Origin: Myxococcales bacterium
Lineage (GTDB): Bacteria > Myxococcota > Myxococcia > Myxococcales > Anaeromyxobacteraceae
Direction of reading: 5' to 3'
Assembly: GCA_038320275.1 (NCBI GenBank)
Contig: JBBQEB010000129.1
Span: 1-10,792, forward strand
Length of the DNA stretch: 10,792 nucleotides
In this document: piece after piece, positions 1 through 7,545 of the stretch
Numbering within the stretch: the stretch's first letter is position 1
Layout of the letters: every line of letters begins with the position of its first letter
The notes under the pieces: generated by a model
The model's input: the letters and a program-made list of their open reading frames with translations, nothing else
Told to the model about the DNA's origin: nothing
The model's database searches: none
Made by a program: the position numbers and the translations under genes

Positions 1-797
1 GCCGGCTCCAGCGCGTCGATCCCCACCAGCTCGTACCCGGCCTCACGCCAGCGCCGGACGATGGCGGGGACCGCTGCGGCGGTCTGGTCCCTGCGCGGAT
101 CGGTCCCGTACGAGCCGCACCCATCGTGGAGGAGGAGGATCTCGCCGCCCCGCATGCGCGCGCAGGCGCGCTCCACGATGGCCTCTGCACCGGGCCGCTC
201 CGTATCCCACACGCCGCGCGTCCAGCCCACGAGCCGGATCCCGCGCCGTTTCAGGACCCGAGAGAGGATGGGCCCCTTGAAGCCGTGCGGCGCGCGCAGG
301 AAGGGCGCCGGCTCCACCCCGCACGCCCGCACCGCCGTGATTCCTCGCTCCACCTCGCGCTCCACGGTCTCGGGCGAGGCGAGATGGAGCTTCCGGTGGG
401 AGTAACCGTGCGTGCCGACGAGGTGGCCCCGGCGCGCCATCTCGCGCACCAGGTCCGGCCGGGCCTCGGCGGAGCTGCCCAGCACGAAGAAAGTGGCGCG
501 CGCCCTCGCGGCGTCGAGCGCGTCGAGGACGGCAGGCGTGTCCGGCCCCGGGCCGTCGTCGAAGGTGAGCGCGATCTCGCGCCGGTCGCGCCGGCCCGCG
601 CGCAGGCTCCCGCCCAGCGGATCCCAGCCTACCCAGTACGCCTGCAGGGCCCAGAGCCCGGCGACGATGGTGAGCGCGGCGATGGCGACGCCCACCGCCG
701 CGTGTCCGCGCGCAGCGGCGGCCCCGCCAGCGCCCAGGAGCGCGAGCGCCGCCCCGACGACGGCAGCGACGAGGAGCCGCTTGCGCCAGGGCATCAT
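1..797 (-). CDS. Membrane-anchored polysaccharide deacetylase (CE4/NodB homology), 3' end outside window
   Basis: Translated by hand; it is not in the ORF track because there is no stop in the window. It begins MMPWRKRLLVAAVVGAALALLG...VGVAIAALTIVAGLWAL (two hydrophobic segments) and has the CE4 motifs IALTFDDGP, ATFFVLG, HGYSH, LRAPHG, GVWDT and ILLLHDG. The start ATG at 797 overlaps the TGA (796-794) of the upstream GT gene as ATGA. Confidence 0.93.
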   Translation of the reverse strand, partial: MMPWRKRLLVAAVVGAALALLGAGGAAAARGHAAVGVAIAALTIVAGLWALQAYWVGWDPLGGSLRAGRRDRREIALTFDDGPGPDTPAVLDALDAARARATFFVLGSSAEARPDLVREMARRGHLVGTHGYSHRKLHLASPETVEREVERGITAVRACGVEPAPFLRAPHGFKGPILSRVLKRRGIRLVGWTRGVWDTERPGAEAIVERACARMRGGEILLLHDGCGSYGTDPRRDQTAAAVPAIVRRWREAGYELVGIDALEP

Positions 798-1909
798 CCC
801 GTCACCCCGACCGAGCGATAGAGCGCCAGGATCTCCGAGGTCACCCTGGGCCAGGCGTAGCGCTGGACCGTCTTGCGGCCCGCCTCGGCGTACGCCTTGG
901 CCCGCTCCGGCTCGCGGGCCAGCCGAGCCAGCGCCGCGCTCCAGGCGCGCGCGTCGTCGAGCGGCAACAGCTCACCCTCGCGCCCGTCCGTCATCACCTC
1001 GCTGAAGCCGTCGATGTTGGAGGCCAGGATCGGCTTGCCGGCCGCCATGGCCTCGAGCAGCGTGATGCCGAAGCTCGCGATGGAGGTGGGCGCGCAGTAG
1101 ACGTCCGCCGAGGCGTACCAGTCCGGGCGCTCGTCCAGCAGCTTCCCCGCGAACACGACGTCCTCCGCGAGCTCGGGTGAGACCGACGCCTGGTAGGAGG
1201 GGAGGAGCGGCCCGTCGCCCACCACCAGCAGGCGCGCGTCCACCTCCTTCCGGAGCTCGACGAAGGCGTTCAGCATCCGGTCGAGACCGTTGCGCGGCTC
1301 GAGCCGACCAACCCAGAGCACGTTCAGCTTGCCGTCGTCGAAGCGGCGGAGGCGGCTCCCGCGGCCGAACGTTTCCAGATCGACCCCGTTGGGGATGATC
1401 CGGAAGTCCGCCTCGAGGTGCCCCTCGAAAGCGGAGAGGCACGCGTTCGAGACGGCGAGGGCCGCGTCGAGGCGGTCGAGGTAGCGCTGCTGCGCCCGCC
1501 GGGTGAGCTTGAAGAGCGGCCCTGGGTGAAAGTGCGTGTGAAAGGTGCCGACCAAGGGGGTCTTCGCGCAGTGAATGGCGACGAAGGGCAACACCGGGGT
1601 CAGAGGGCAGTGGACGTGGAGCACGTCGAAGCGCTCGCGCTCCAGGACCTCCGCCATGGTGCTCGCGAGCCCATAGCCGGACGAGACGCGACCGAAGGAG
1701 CCATTCTTGTAGATGGCGCGGCTCCTCGCGATGCGGAGCACGTCCGGGCCGGCAGCCTCTCCGGCCGGGGGCGGCAGGTCGGGCATCTCGCTGGTGATGA
1801 CCTTGACCGTGTGTCCGAGCCGGCGCGCCTCGCGGGCGAAGTTGTGCACGTGCTCCTGCACTCCGCCGATGCTCGGGTAGTAGTACTCGGTGACGATGCC
1901 GATCCGCAC
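794..1909 (-). CDS. GT4-family (GT-B) glycosyltransferase, PimA-like
   Basis: Motifs (M)RIGIVTEYYYPSIGGVQEHV, FDVLHVH, GTFHT, IIPNGVD, VGRLEPRNG and SFGITLLEAMAAGKPILAS. The GTG at 1909 is preferred over 1939 because it gives the typical MRIGIV N-terminus and has AGGA 9 nt upstream (371 aa). Confidence 0.92.
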   Translation of the reverse strand: MRIGIVTEYYYPSIGGVQEHVHNFAREARRLGHTVKVITSEMPDLPPPAGEAAGPDVLRIARSRAIYKNGSFGRVSSGYGLASTMAEVLERERFDVLHVHCPLTPVLPFVAIHCAKTPLVGTFHTHFHPGPLFKLTRRAQQRYLDRLDAALAVSNACLSAFEGHLEADFRIIPNGVDLETFGRGSRLRRFDDGKLNVLWVGRLEPRNGLDRMLNAFVELRKEVDARLLVVGDGPLLPSYQASVSPELAEDVVFAGKLLDERPDWYASADVYCAPTSIASFGITLLEAMAAGKPILASNIDGFSEVMTDGREGELLPLDDARAWSAALARLAREPERAKAYAEAGRKTVQRYAWPRVTSEILALYRSVGVTG

Positions 1910-1955
1910 CCGGCGAGTTCCTAACCCGGGCCGGAACACGAGTCCAGGGCGCGCG

Positions 1956-2129
1956 TCAGGGGGGTGCGGCGCGCTGCCGGTGGGTCAGCACCATCACCGG
2001 CGGCTCGCGCCGGCGGAGGTGGGCGCGGTGGCCCTTGGGCCGGCGGGTCGGCAGGAGCGGGCTCAACGCAGAGACCGCGCCGGCGACGGCGAGGAGGTTG
2101 AGCCACGCGATTCGGAGCCGGATGAGCAT
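1956..2129 (-). CDS. Small hypothetical protein (57 aa), hydrophobic N-terminus and basic C-terminus
   Basis: ATG at 2129 gives MLIRLRIAWLNLLAVAGAVSALSPLLPTRRPKGHRAHLRRREPPVMVLTHRQRAAPP. It fills the gap between the TPR gene and the GT gene in the same orientation. No clear Shine-Dalgarno. Confidence 0.55.
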   Translation of the reverse strand: MLIRLRIAWLNLLAVAGAVSALSPLLPTRRPKGHRAHLRRREPPVMVLTHRQRAAPP

Positions 2130-2145
2130 CGGTTGGGTGTGGCGG

Positions 2146-2173
2146 AGGGTGCCACAAATCCTGTCGGGGTCAA
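2146..2173 (-). promoter_or_regulatory. Possible sigma70-type promoter for the small ORF/GT4/deacetylase unit
   Basis: Minus strand TTGACC (2173-2168), 16-nt spacer ending TGTGG, then a weak -10 CACCCT (2151-2146), in a locally less GC-rich intergenic patch. Confidence 0.3.
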
Positions 2174-2205
2174 GGGAGTGATAGCGGCGGAGCCGGCCGG
2201 CGGCT

Positions 2206-3003
2206 TCAACGCTTCGAGCGGAGAAGTGGCCGCAAAGCTCGCGCCGGAGCTTCCAGCCCCCGCGCGCGGGCCTCCGCTCGAGCCGCCTGACCCGCGCCTC
2301 CATGATACCGCAGGAAGGCGGCGAGCCTGCGCAACGGGGCTCCGCTGGAAGGGTCGAGGCGCACCAGTTCCTCCAGCTCGGCCTGCGCCTGCGGCAGCCG
2401 GCCCAGCGCCTCGTACCCGTCCGCGAGGCTCCCGCGGGCGGCGCGGTCGCCGGGCCGCTCGGCGCGCACCCTTTCCAGCTCCACGACCGCGTCCTCGGTC
2501 TCGCCGCTCTGCAGGAGGAGCATGCCCCGGCGAAGCCGCAGCTCCGCGTCGGGCTCGAGCGCGAGGGAGCGCCCATAGGCCGCGGCGGCCCCTTCCTCGT
2601 CCTCGTCCAGCTCGCGCAGCGCGCCGCGCAGCCGCTCCAGCCGCGCGTCTTCGGGCCGGACCGCTGCCGCCTCGTCGAGGAGCGCACCGGCGCGCCCGAG
2701 GTCCTCGCCGTGCGAGACGAGCAGCTCGGCCAGGTCGAGCCGCGGCTCGACCGCGCGGGGGTTGGCGCCGATCGCGCGCTCGAAGTGGCCCCGCGCCTCG
2801 TCGGCGCGCCCGGCGGCGAGGGCCGCGCGGCCGCTCGCGAGCTCCGCGCCCACGTCCACGCGCGGCGGTGTCGCCGCGACGGGAGGGGGCGGATCGACGC
2901 GCGGCTCGGAGGAGACGCAGCCGACAGCGCTCGCCGCGAGAGCTGCGGCGGTCGCCAGCGCCCTCAACCCCAGACTTCCCAGCCCGACACCGTGCCCTTG
3001 CAT
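2206..3003 (-). CDS. Tetratricopeptide-repeat lipoprotein
   Basis: Signal-like LRALATAAALAASAVG-C lipobox, Pro-rich linker, then TPR-type helices (ARGHFERAIGANP, AAAAYGRSLALEP, AVVELERVRAERP, AQAELEELVRLDP). Exact start uncertain. Confidence 0.82.
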   Translation of the reverse strand: MQGHGVGLGSLGLRALATAAALAASAVGCVSSEPRVDPPPPVAATPPRVDVGAELASGRAALAAGRADEARGHFERAIGANPRAVEPRLDLAELLVSHGEDLGRAGALLDEAAAVRPEDARLERLRGALRELDEDEEGAAAAYGRSLALEPDAELRLRRGMLLLQSGETEDAVVELERVRAERPGDRAARGSLADGYEALGRLPQAQAELEELVRLDPSSGAPLRRLAAFLRYHGGAGQAARAEARARGLEAPARALRPLLRSKR

Positions 3004-3080
3004 CCCTCGGCAACGTGCCCCTCTGGCGCCGAGGGCGCAAGGATCGCGGCGCGCGCTCGGGTGGATTACATCGCCGGCGC

Positions 3081-5477
3081 GTGAGCGACCCCCTCGACCG
3101 GAGCCTGCAGCACCTCGGCTGGCGCGAGCTCACCGACGCGCTCGCCGCCCGCTGCCGCCTCCCCGCCGGAGCGCGCCGGGCTCGGGAGCTCGCCGCCTTG
3201 CCCGGGGTGGCGGAGGTCCGCGAGGCGCTCCTCACCGTGGAGGAGGCGCGCCGGCTGGCGGAAGGCGGCCACGCCCTCCCGCTGGCGGTGTCCGGCGCGC
3301 CCGCCGAGCACGTCGATCGCGCCGCCAAGGGGGGCGTGCTGGAGCCCCTCGCGCTGCGCGAGGTTGGCGCCCTCCTGCGCGCCGGGGCCCGCACCCGCGC
3401 CTTCCTCCAGGGTCGCGCCGACGCCGCGCCGCGCCTGTGGGCGCTCGGGCAGGGCCTCTCCGCCGACGACCGGCTCGCCGACCGGATCGACCGCGCCATC
3501 GAGCCCTCCGGCGCCATCTCGGACAGGGCGAGCCCGGAGCTCGCTTCGCTCCGCGAGCGGCTGCGGGGGCTGCACCGCGCGCTGAAGAGCCGCGTCGAGT
3601 CGCTCCTCGACGACGAGCTGATGCAGATGAACCTGCGCGATCGCTACTTCACCATCCGCAACGACAGGTACGTGCTGCCCATCCTGGCGAGCGCGCGCGC
3701 CTCGGTGCCCGGTCTGGTCCACAACGCCTCGCAATCGGGCCAGACGCTCTTCATCGAGCCCCAGCCGCTGGTGGACATGGGCAACGAGCTCTCCATCGCA
3801 GCCGCCATGGCGGCCGAGGAGGAGGCGCGGGTGCTGCGCGAGCTGTCGCAGGGCGTGACCCGCCGGGCCCCGGAGCTGCTCGCCGCGGCCGAGGTGCTGG
3901 GAAAGCTCGACCTCATGGAGGCCGAGGCGCGGCTCGCCTCCGACCTCGACGCCTATGTCCCCGAAGTGGTCCCGGCGGACGAGGGGGTGGAGCTGCGCTC
4001 GCTCCGCCACCCGCTCCTCGTCCTGCAGGGAAAGAAGGTGGTGGCGAGCGACGTTCGGCTCGCGCCCCCGCACCGGGCCCTCATCGTCTCCGGGCCGAAC
4101 GGCGGCGGCAAGACGGTGACCATCAGCGCGGTCGGGCTCTCCGCGTGCATGCTGCGGGCGGGACTTCCCGTCGCTGCGGCCGAGGGGTCCCGCCTTCCCT
4201 TCTTCTCGGAGGTGCGGGCGGCCATCGACGAGCGGGGCGACCTCGCGCGCGACCTCTCCACCTTCACGGCGCACCTCACCAGCGTGCGGGACATCGCGCT
4301 CGCCGCCGGCCCTCGATGCCTCGTACTGGTGGACGAGATCGCCGCCGACACCGACCCCAGGGAAGGCGCGGCGCTCGCCGTCGCCATCCTGGAAGACCTG
4401 CTCGCGCGCGGCGCGCTGGTGCTCGTGACCACCCACCTCGACGAGCTGAAGGCGCTCGCGCTGGGCGACGAGCGCTTCGTCAACGCGCGGGTGGGATTCG
4501 ACGCGGAGCGGCTCGCGCCCACGTACCAGCTCCACCTCGGCTCGCCGGGCAGCTCCTCGGCCCTCGAGGTGGCGCGGCGGATCGGCCTCCCTGCGTCGGT
4601 GGTCGAGCGCGCGCGGACTGCGCTGGCAGGCGGCGGGGGCGCCCTGGCGCAGGCGCTGCGGAGCCTGGATGAAGAGCGGGCCGCCCTCGCCTTCGAGCGG
4701 CGCAAGCTCGGAGAGGCGCGGACCGCAGCGGAGGTCGCGGAGCGCCGGGCGCGGGAGCGCGAGGATGCTGCCCGCCGGGCGGAGCGCGAGGCCGCGGCGC
4801 GCATGGGCGACGCGCTGGCCGACGAGATCGAGGCCGCTCGCGGCGAGGTGGCGCGCGTCCTGGCCGAGCTGCAGTCAGCGCCCACGCTGCGGCGCGCGAC
4901 GGACACCTCCAAGCAGCTCGAGGGCTGGAAGGCCACCGTGGCGCAGGCGGCCCGCTCGGCCGACGCGCACGCCAGGGCGGGTCCAGAAGCGGCCCCCGGC
5001 GAGCCCCTCACGAAGGGCTCCCGAGTGAGGATCGTCTCGCTGGGGCAGGAGGCGGAGGTGGTGGAGGTGGAGCGCGGCGAGGCGCTGGTGCGAGCCGGGG
5101 GGCTCAAGCTGCGGCGGCCTCTCTCGGACCTTTTGCCCCTGCGCGGGAAGGCCGCCTCGACAGGGTGGGCGCGCTCCGATCGCGAGAAGCTGCGGGCGGC
5201 GGCCGAGGCGCGGGCAGCAGCGGTTCCGAGCGGGGAGCGCAAGCTCGACGTGCGAGGGCTGCGGGTGGATGAGCTCGTGCGCGAGGTGGATCGCTTCCTC
5301 GACCGGCTCTACGGGGAGGGCGCGGCCGACGCGCTGATCCTGCACGGGCATGGCACCGGCGCGCTCAAGTCGGCGCTGCGCGAGCAGCTCTCCTCGTCGC
5401 CCTACGTGGGTGACTTTCGCCCCGCAGACAGGAACGAGGGAGGCGACGCGGCCACCCTGGTGACGCTCCGCCGTTGA
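3081..5477 (+). CDS. mutS2: MutS2 family ATPase with C-terminal KOW-like and Smr domains
   Basis: Motifs TIRNDRYVLPI, GLVHNASQSGQTLFIEP, RHPLL, Walker A SGPNGGGKT, LSTFTAH, Walker B LVDEIAADTDPREG, TTH and PTYQL. These are followed by a coiled coil, GSRVRIVSLGQEAEV, and Smr motifs LDVRG...ILHGHGTGALK. The real start is probably GTG 3081 (798 aa); the ORF-track extension to 1890 is antisense to other genes. Confidence 0.95.
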   Translation: MSDPLDRSLQHLGWRELTDALAARCRLPAGARRARELAALPGVAEVREALLTVEEARRLAEGGHALPLAVSGAPAEHVDRAAKGGVLEPLALREVGALLRAGARTRAFLQGRADAAPRLWALGQGLSADDRLADRIDRAIEPSGAISDRASPELASLRERLRGLHRALKSRVESLLDDELMQMNLRDRYFTIRNDRYVLPILASARASVPGLVHNASQSGQTLFIEPQPLVDMGNELSIAAAMAAEEEARVLRELSQGVTRRAPELLAAAEVLGKLDLMEAEARLASDLDAYVPEVVPADEGVELRSLRHPLLVLQGKKVVASDVRLAPPHRALIVSGPNGGGKTVTISAVGLSACMLRAGLPVAAAEGSRLPFFSEVRAAIDERGDLARDLSTFTAHLTSVRDIALAAGPRCLVLVDEIAADTDPREGAALAVAILEDLLARGALVLVTTHLDELKALALGDERFVNARVGFDAERLAPTYQLHLGSPGSSSALEVARRIGLPASVVERARTALAGGGGALAQALRSLDEERAALAFERRKLGEARTAAEVAERRAREREDAARRAEREAAARMGDALADEIEAARGEVARVLAELQSAPTLRRATDTSKQLEGWKATVAQAARSADAHARAGPEAAPGEPLTKGSRVRIVSLGQEAEVVEVERGEALVRAGGLKLRRPLSDLLPLRGKAASTGWARSDREKLRAAAEARAAAVPSGERKLDVRGLRVDELVREVDRFLDRLYGEGAADALILHGHGTGALKSALREQLSSSPYVGDFRPADRNEGGDAATLVTLRR

Positions 5478-5522
5478 TGCGTGACGTTTCGCCGATATCG
5501 GGCGACGCCCCGCCGTTGATGG
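5460..5522. repeat. Three imperfect tandem 21-bp repeats spanning the mutS2 stop codon
   Basis: GTGACGCTCCGCCGTTGATGC (5460-5480), GTGACGTTTCGCCGATATCGG (5481-5501), GCGACGCCCCGCCGTTGATGG (5502-5522). Unit 1 vs 3 is 18/21 identical and unit 1 vs 2 is 14/21. Confidence 0.8.
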
Positions 5523-5605
5523 GGATCATTTCGCGGCGCACCGGGCATACCCACACGGATAGCTCGACGTACATGTCGCCGATTAGTGGCTGCTCGCCCA
5601 CGCGG

Positions 5606-5656
5606 TGTGCTAAAAAGCGACCACCCGCGAGGGTTTCGTCCGACACTTCCAGGAGG
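5606..5656 (+). promoter_or_regulatory. Candidate extended -10 element and strong RBS of the porin gene
   Basis: TGcTAAAAA (TAAAAA at 5611-5616) with no good -35. AGGAGG at 5651-5656 lies 6 nt before ATG 5663. The RBS is solid; the promoter is speculative. Confidence 0.45.
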
Positions 5657-5662
5657 CACTGA

Positions 5663-7021
5663 ATGAGACGTCGCGTCGCGCTGCTCCTCGCAGCCCTTTC
5701 CGTCGCAGCTCTTCCGCTCACCGGGCGCGCACAGACTCCGCCCGCCATGGCGCCTGCGGAGCCGTCCGCAGCCCAGCCCGCACCGGCTACCGTGTCGGCA
5801 CCCAAGCCGGCCGCGGGCAAGGTCACCATCACGCCGTACGGCTTCGTGCTGGCGCAGGCCTTCTGGAGCAACGGGCCCTTCGCGGTCCGCGACTTCCCCG
5901 GCCAGGTCCTCGCCAACCACGATGGCGGCGCCTTCATCATGGAAGCCCGCGGCTCGCGGTTCGGCTTCAAGATTGCCCTCCCCGACGATCCGTGGACGGC
6001 GGCGCGCCTGACGGGCGTCCTCGAGGCGGACTTCAAGGGCGGCTACTTCGCCACCAACAGCGCGAGCTCGTACAATGCCATCCCGCGGCTCCGCCTCGCT
6101 TACATGCAGGCGCAGTGGGGCACGGGCGACACCAAGCTCACCCTCCTCGCCGGGCAGGACTGGGGGCTCATCGCCCCGCTCTTCGCCACCACCGTGGCGT
6201 GGGGCTATGACCCGATCTTCTGGCAGGCGGGCAACCTCTGGCGCCGCTCGCAGCAGATCAAGGCCGCCCTCGACCTCGGCGCCGGTGGCGTGGGCGTGAG
6301 CGTGCAGGCCGCCATGCTATCTCCTGCCGACGCGGGAATGGCCACCTCCACGCCGGCCGTTTTCAACGGCGCCGTCGATTACGGCGAGGGAAACCGCGCC
6401 CGCGTCCCGAACCTCGAGGGCCGCGTGGCTCTCTGGGCGAAGATGGGCACGCGCAAGATCTTCGAGCTGGGCGCGTCCGGCCACTGGGACAAGCGCCGGT
6501 TCAGCCCTGCCGGGGCGGCCAACCTCTACAGCGTCGATACCACGGGCGAGATCATCGCGGCCGACGGGCAGTTCAACCTGCCCTTCCTCACCCTTCAGGG
6601 CGAGGCCTTCATGAATAGCGGCGCCGGTGACACGCCGTTCGCGCTGACCTCCGCCGTCACCGCGATCGGGGCCGGCACGGCCGCCGCTCCCGTCGCCATC
6701 ACCCCCCTCCGCTCCCGCGGCGGCTGGGGTCAGGCCGTCCTGAAGTTCGGCGGCATCGCCATCCCGGTGGGCTACGGCATGGAGCAGATCATCTACACCA
6801 ACAACGCCGCCGGAGCTCCCGACCTCGCCAGCATCGGCGTCGGGGCCGGCACCCGCACCCGGAACGCGCAGTTCCACACGGGCATCATCTTCGGCGCCAA
6901 CAACCCGTGGAAGTACAGCTTCGAGTGGACGCACACCACCTCGGGCTACGCGCTCGCCGCCTTCGGTTCGCAGTCGGTCAAGGCGGACATGTTCGCCCTG
7001 GCGACGAAGCTCGACTTCTAA
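5663..7021 (+). CDS. Outer-membrane beta-barrel porin, DcaP-like
   Basis: Sec signal peptide (MRRRVALLLAALSVAALPLTGRA/Q), Pro/Ala linker, amphipathic strands, DcaP-like motifs SRFGF, LEADF, PRLRLAY and LLAGQDW, and C-terminal Phe (ATKLDF) typical of BAM substrates. Strong RBS. Confidence 0.82.
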   Translation: MRRRVALLLAALSVAALPLTGRAQTPPAMAPAEPSAAQPAPATVSAPKPAAGKVTITPYGFVLAQAFWSNGPFAVRDFPGQVLANHDGGAFIMEARGSRFGFKIALPDDPWTAARLTGVLEADFKGGYFATNSASSYNAIPRLRLAYMQAQWGTGDTKLTLLAGQDWGLIAPLFATTVAWGYDPIFWQAGNLWRRSQQIKAALDLGAGGVGVSVQAAMLSPADAGMATSTPAVFNGAVDYGEGNRARVPNLEGRVALWAKMGTRKIFELGASGHWDKRRFSPAGAANLYSVDTTGEIIAADGQFNLPFLTLQGEAFMNSGAGDTPFALTSAVTAIGAGTAAAPVAITPLRSRGGWGQAVLKFGGIAIPVGYGMEQIIYTNNAAGAPDLASIGVGAGTRTRNAQFHTGIIFGANNPWKYSFEWTHTTSGYALAAFGSQSVKADMFALATKLDF

Positions 7022-7050
7022 GCACCTCAGCACCGCTTCATCGAAGACGT

Positions 7051-7090
7051 GGAGGGCGCCCGCTGCAGCCGCGGGCGCCCTTCGCTATTT
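7051..7090 (+). terminator. GC-rich hairpin after porin (intrinsic terminator or mRNA-stabilising stem)
   Basis: GGAGGGCGCCCGC (7051-7063), loop TGCAGCC, GCGGGCGCCCTTC (7071-7083): a 13-bp stem with one G-U pair, followed by an interrupted T tract (GCTATTT). Confidence 0.7.
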
Positions 7091-7101
7091 GGGGGGCCAT
7101 C

Positions 7102-7545
7102 ATGATGACGAAGAAGACGAAGGTCGGCGACTGGATGACGAAGAACCCCATCACCATCGACGCGAGCAGCACCATCGTCGAGGCGGTGCACCTCCTCAAG
7201 GAGAAGAACATCCGGCGGCTACCCGTGATGCGGAACGGCAAGCTTGCGGGCATCGTCACCGAGCGCATGCTGCTCAACTACAACCCGGGAAAGTCCTCCT
7301 CCCTGGACACCTGGGAGCTTCACTACCTGCTCGCGCGCACACCGGTGACGGAGGCCATGAACCCGAGGCCCAACACGGTGACGGCCGACACCGATCTGAC
7401 GGACGCCGCGCAGCTCATCCACGACCGCAAGCTCAACGGGATCACCGTCATGGAGCCCACGGGCGAGCTGGTGGGCATCCTCACCACCACGAACGCGCTC
7501 GAAGCGCTCATCTGGTTCGCGAAGGAGTACGCCGCGCGCGAGTGA
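7102..7545 (+). CDS. Stand-alone CBS-pair (Bateman module) protein, AcuB-like without ACT domain
   Basis: VGDWMTKNPITI, IRRLPV...LAGIVT, the AcuB-type linker PGKSSSLDTWELHYLL, VTEAMNPRP and ELVGILT. ATG at 7102 (or 7105) follows a G-rich RBS; 147 aa. Confidence 0.9.
   Translation: MMTKKTKVGDWMTKNPITIDASSTIVEAVHLLKEKNIRRLPVMRNGKLAGIVTERMLLNYNPGKSSSLDTWELHYLLARTPVTEAMNPRPNTVTADTDLTDAAQLIHDRKLNGITVMEPTGELVGILTTTNALEALIWFAKEYAARE

Noticed and set aside
794..1909. Naming the GT4 pimA, the porin dcaP or the CBS protein acuB
   Set aside because: Similarity is family-level only, key residues differ and pathway partners are not visible, so symbols were withheld.
1890..3080. N-terminal extension making MutS2 a 1195-aa fusion protein
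   Set aside because: It is Arg/Pro/Ala-rich off-frame text antisense to the TPR gene and the small ORF. MutS2-like sequence begins at GTG 3081.
2063..5351. Long overlapping ORFs (e.g. 2063-3517, 2762-4672, 3066-4535, 3953-5242)
   Set aside because: Shadow frames expected at very high GC. They have no motifs and overlap well-supported genes.
5460..5522. CRISPR mini-array or ncRNA in the mutS2-porin gap
   Set aside because: The units are 21-bp tandem and mutually similar rather than repeat-spacer. No recognisable riboswitch or tRNA fold.
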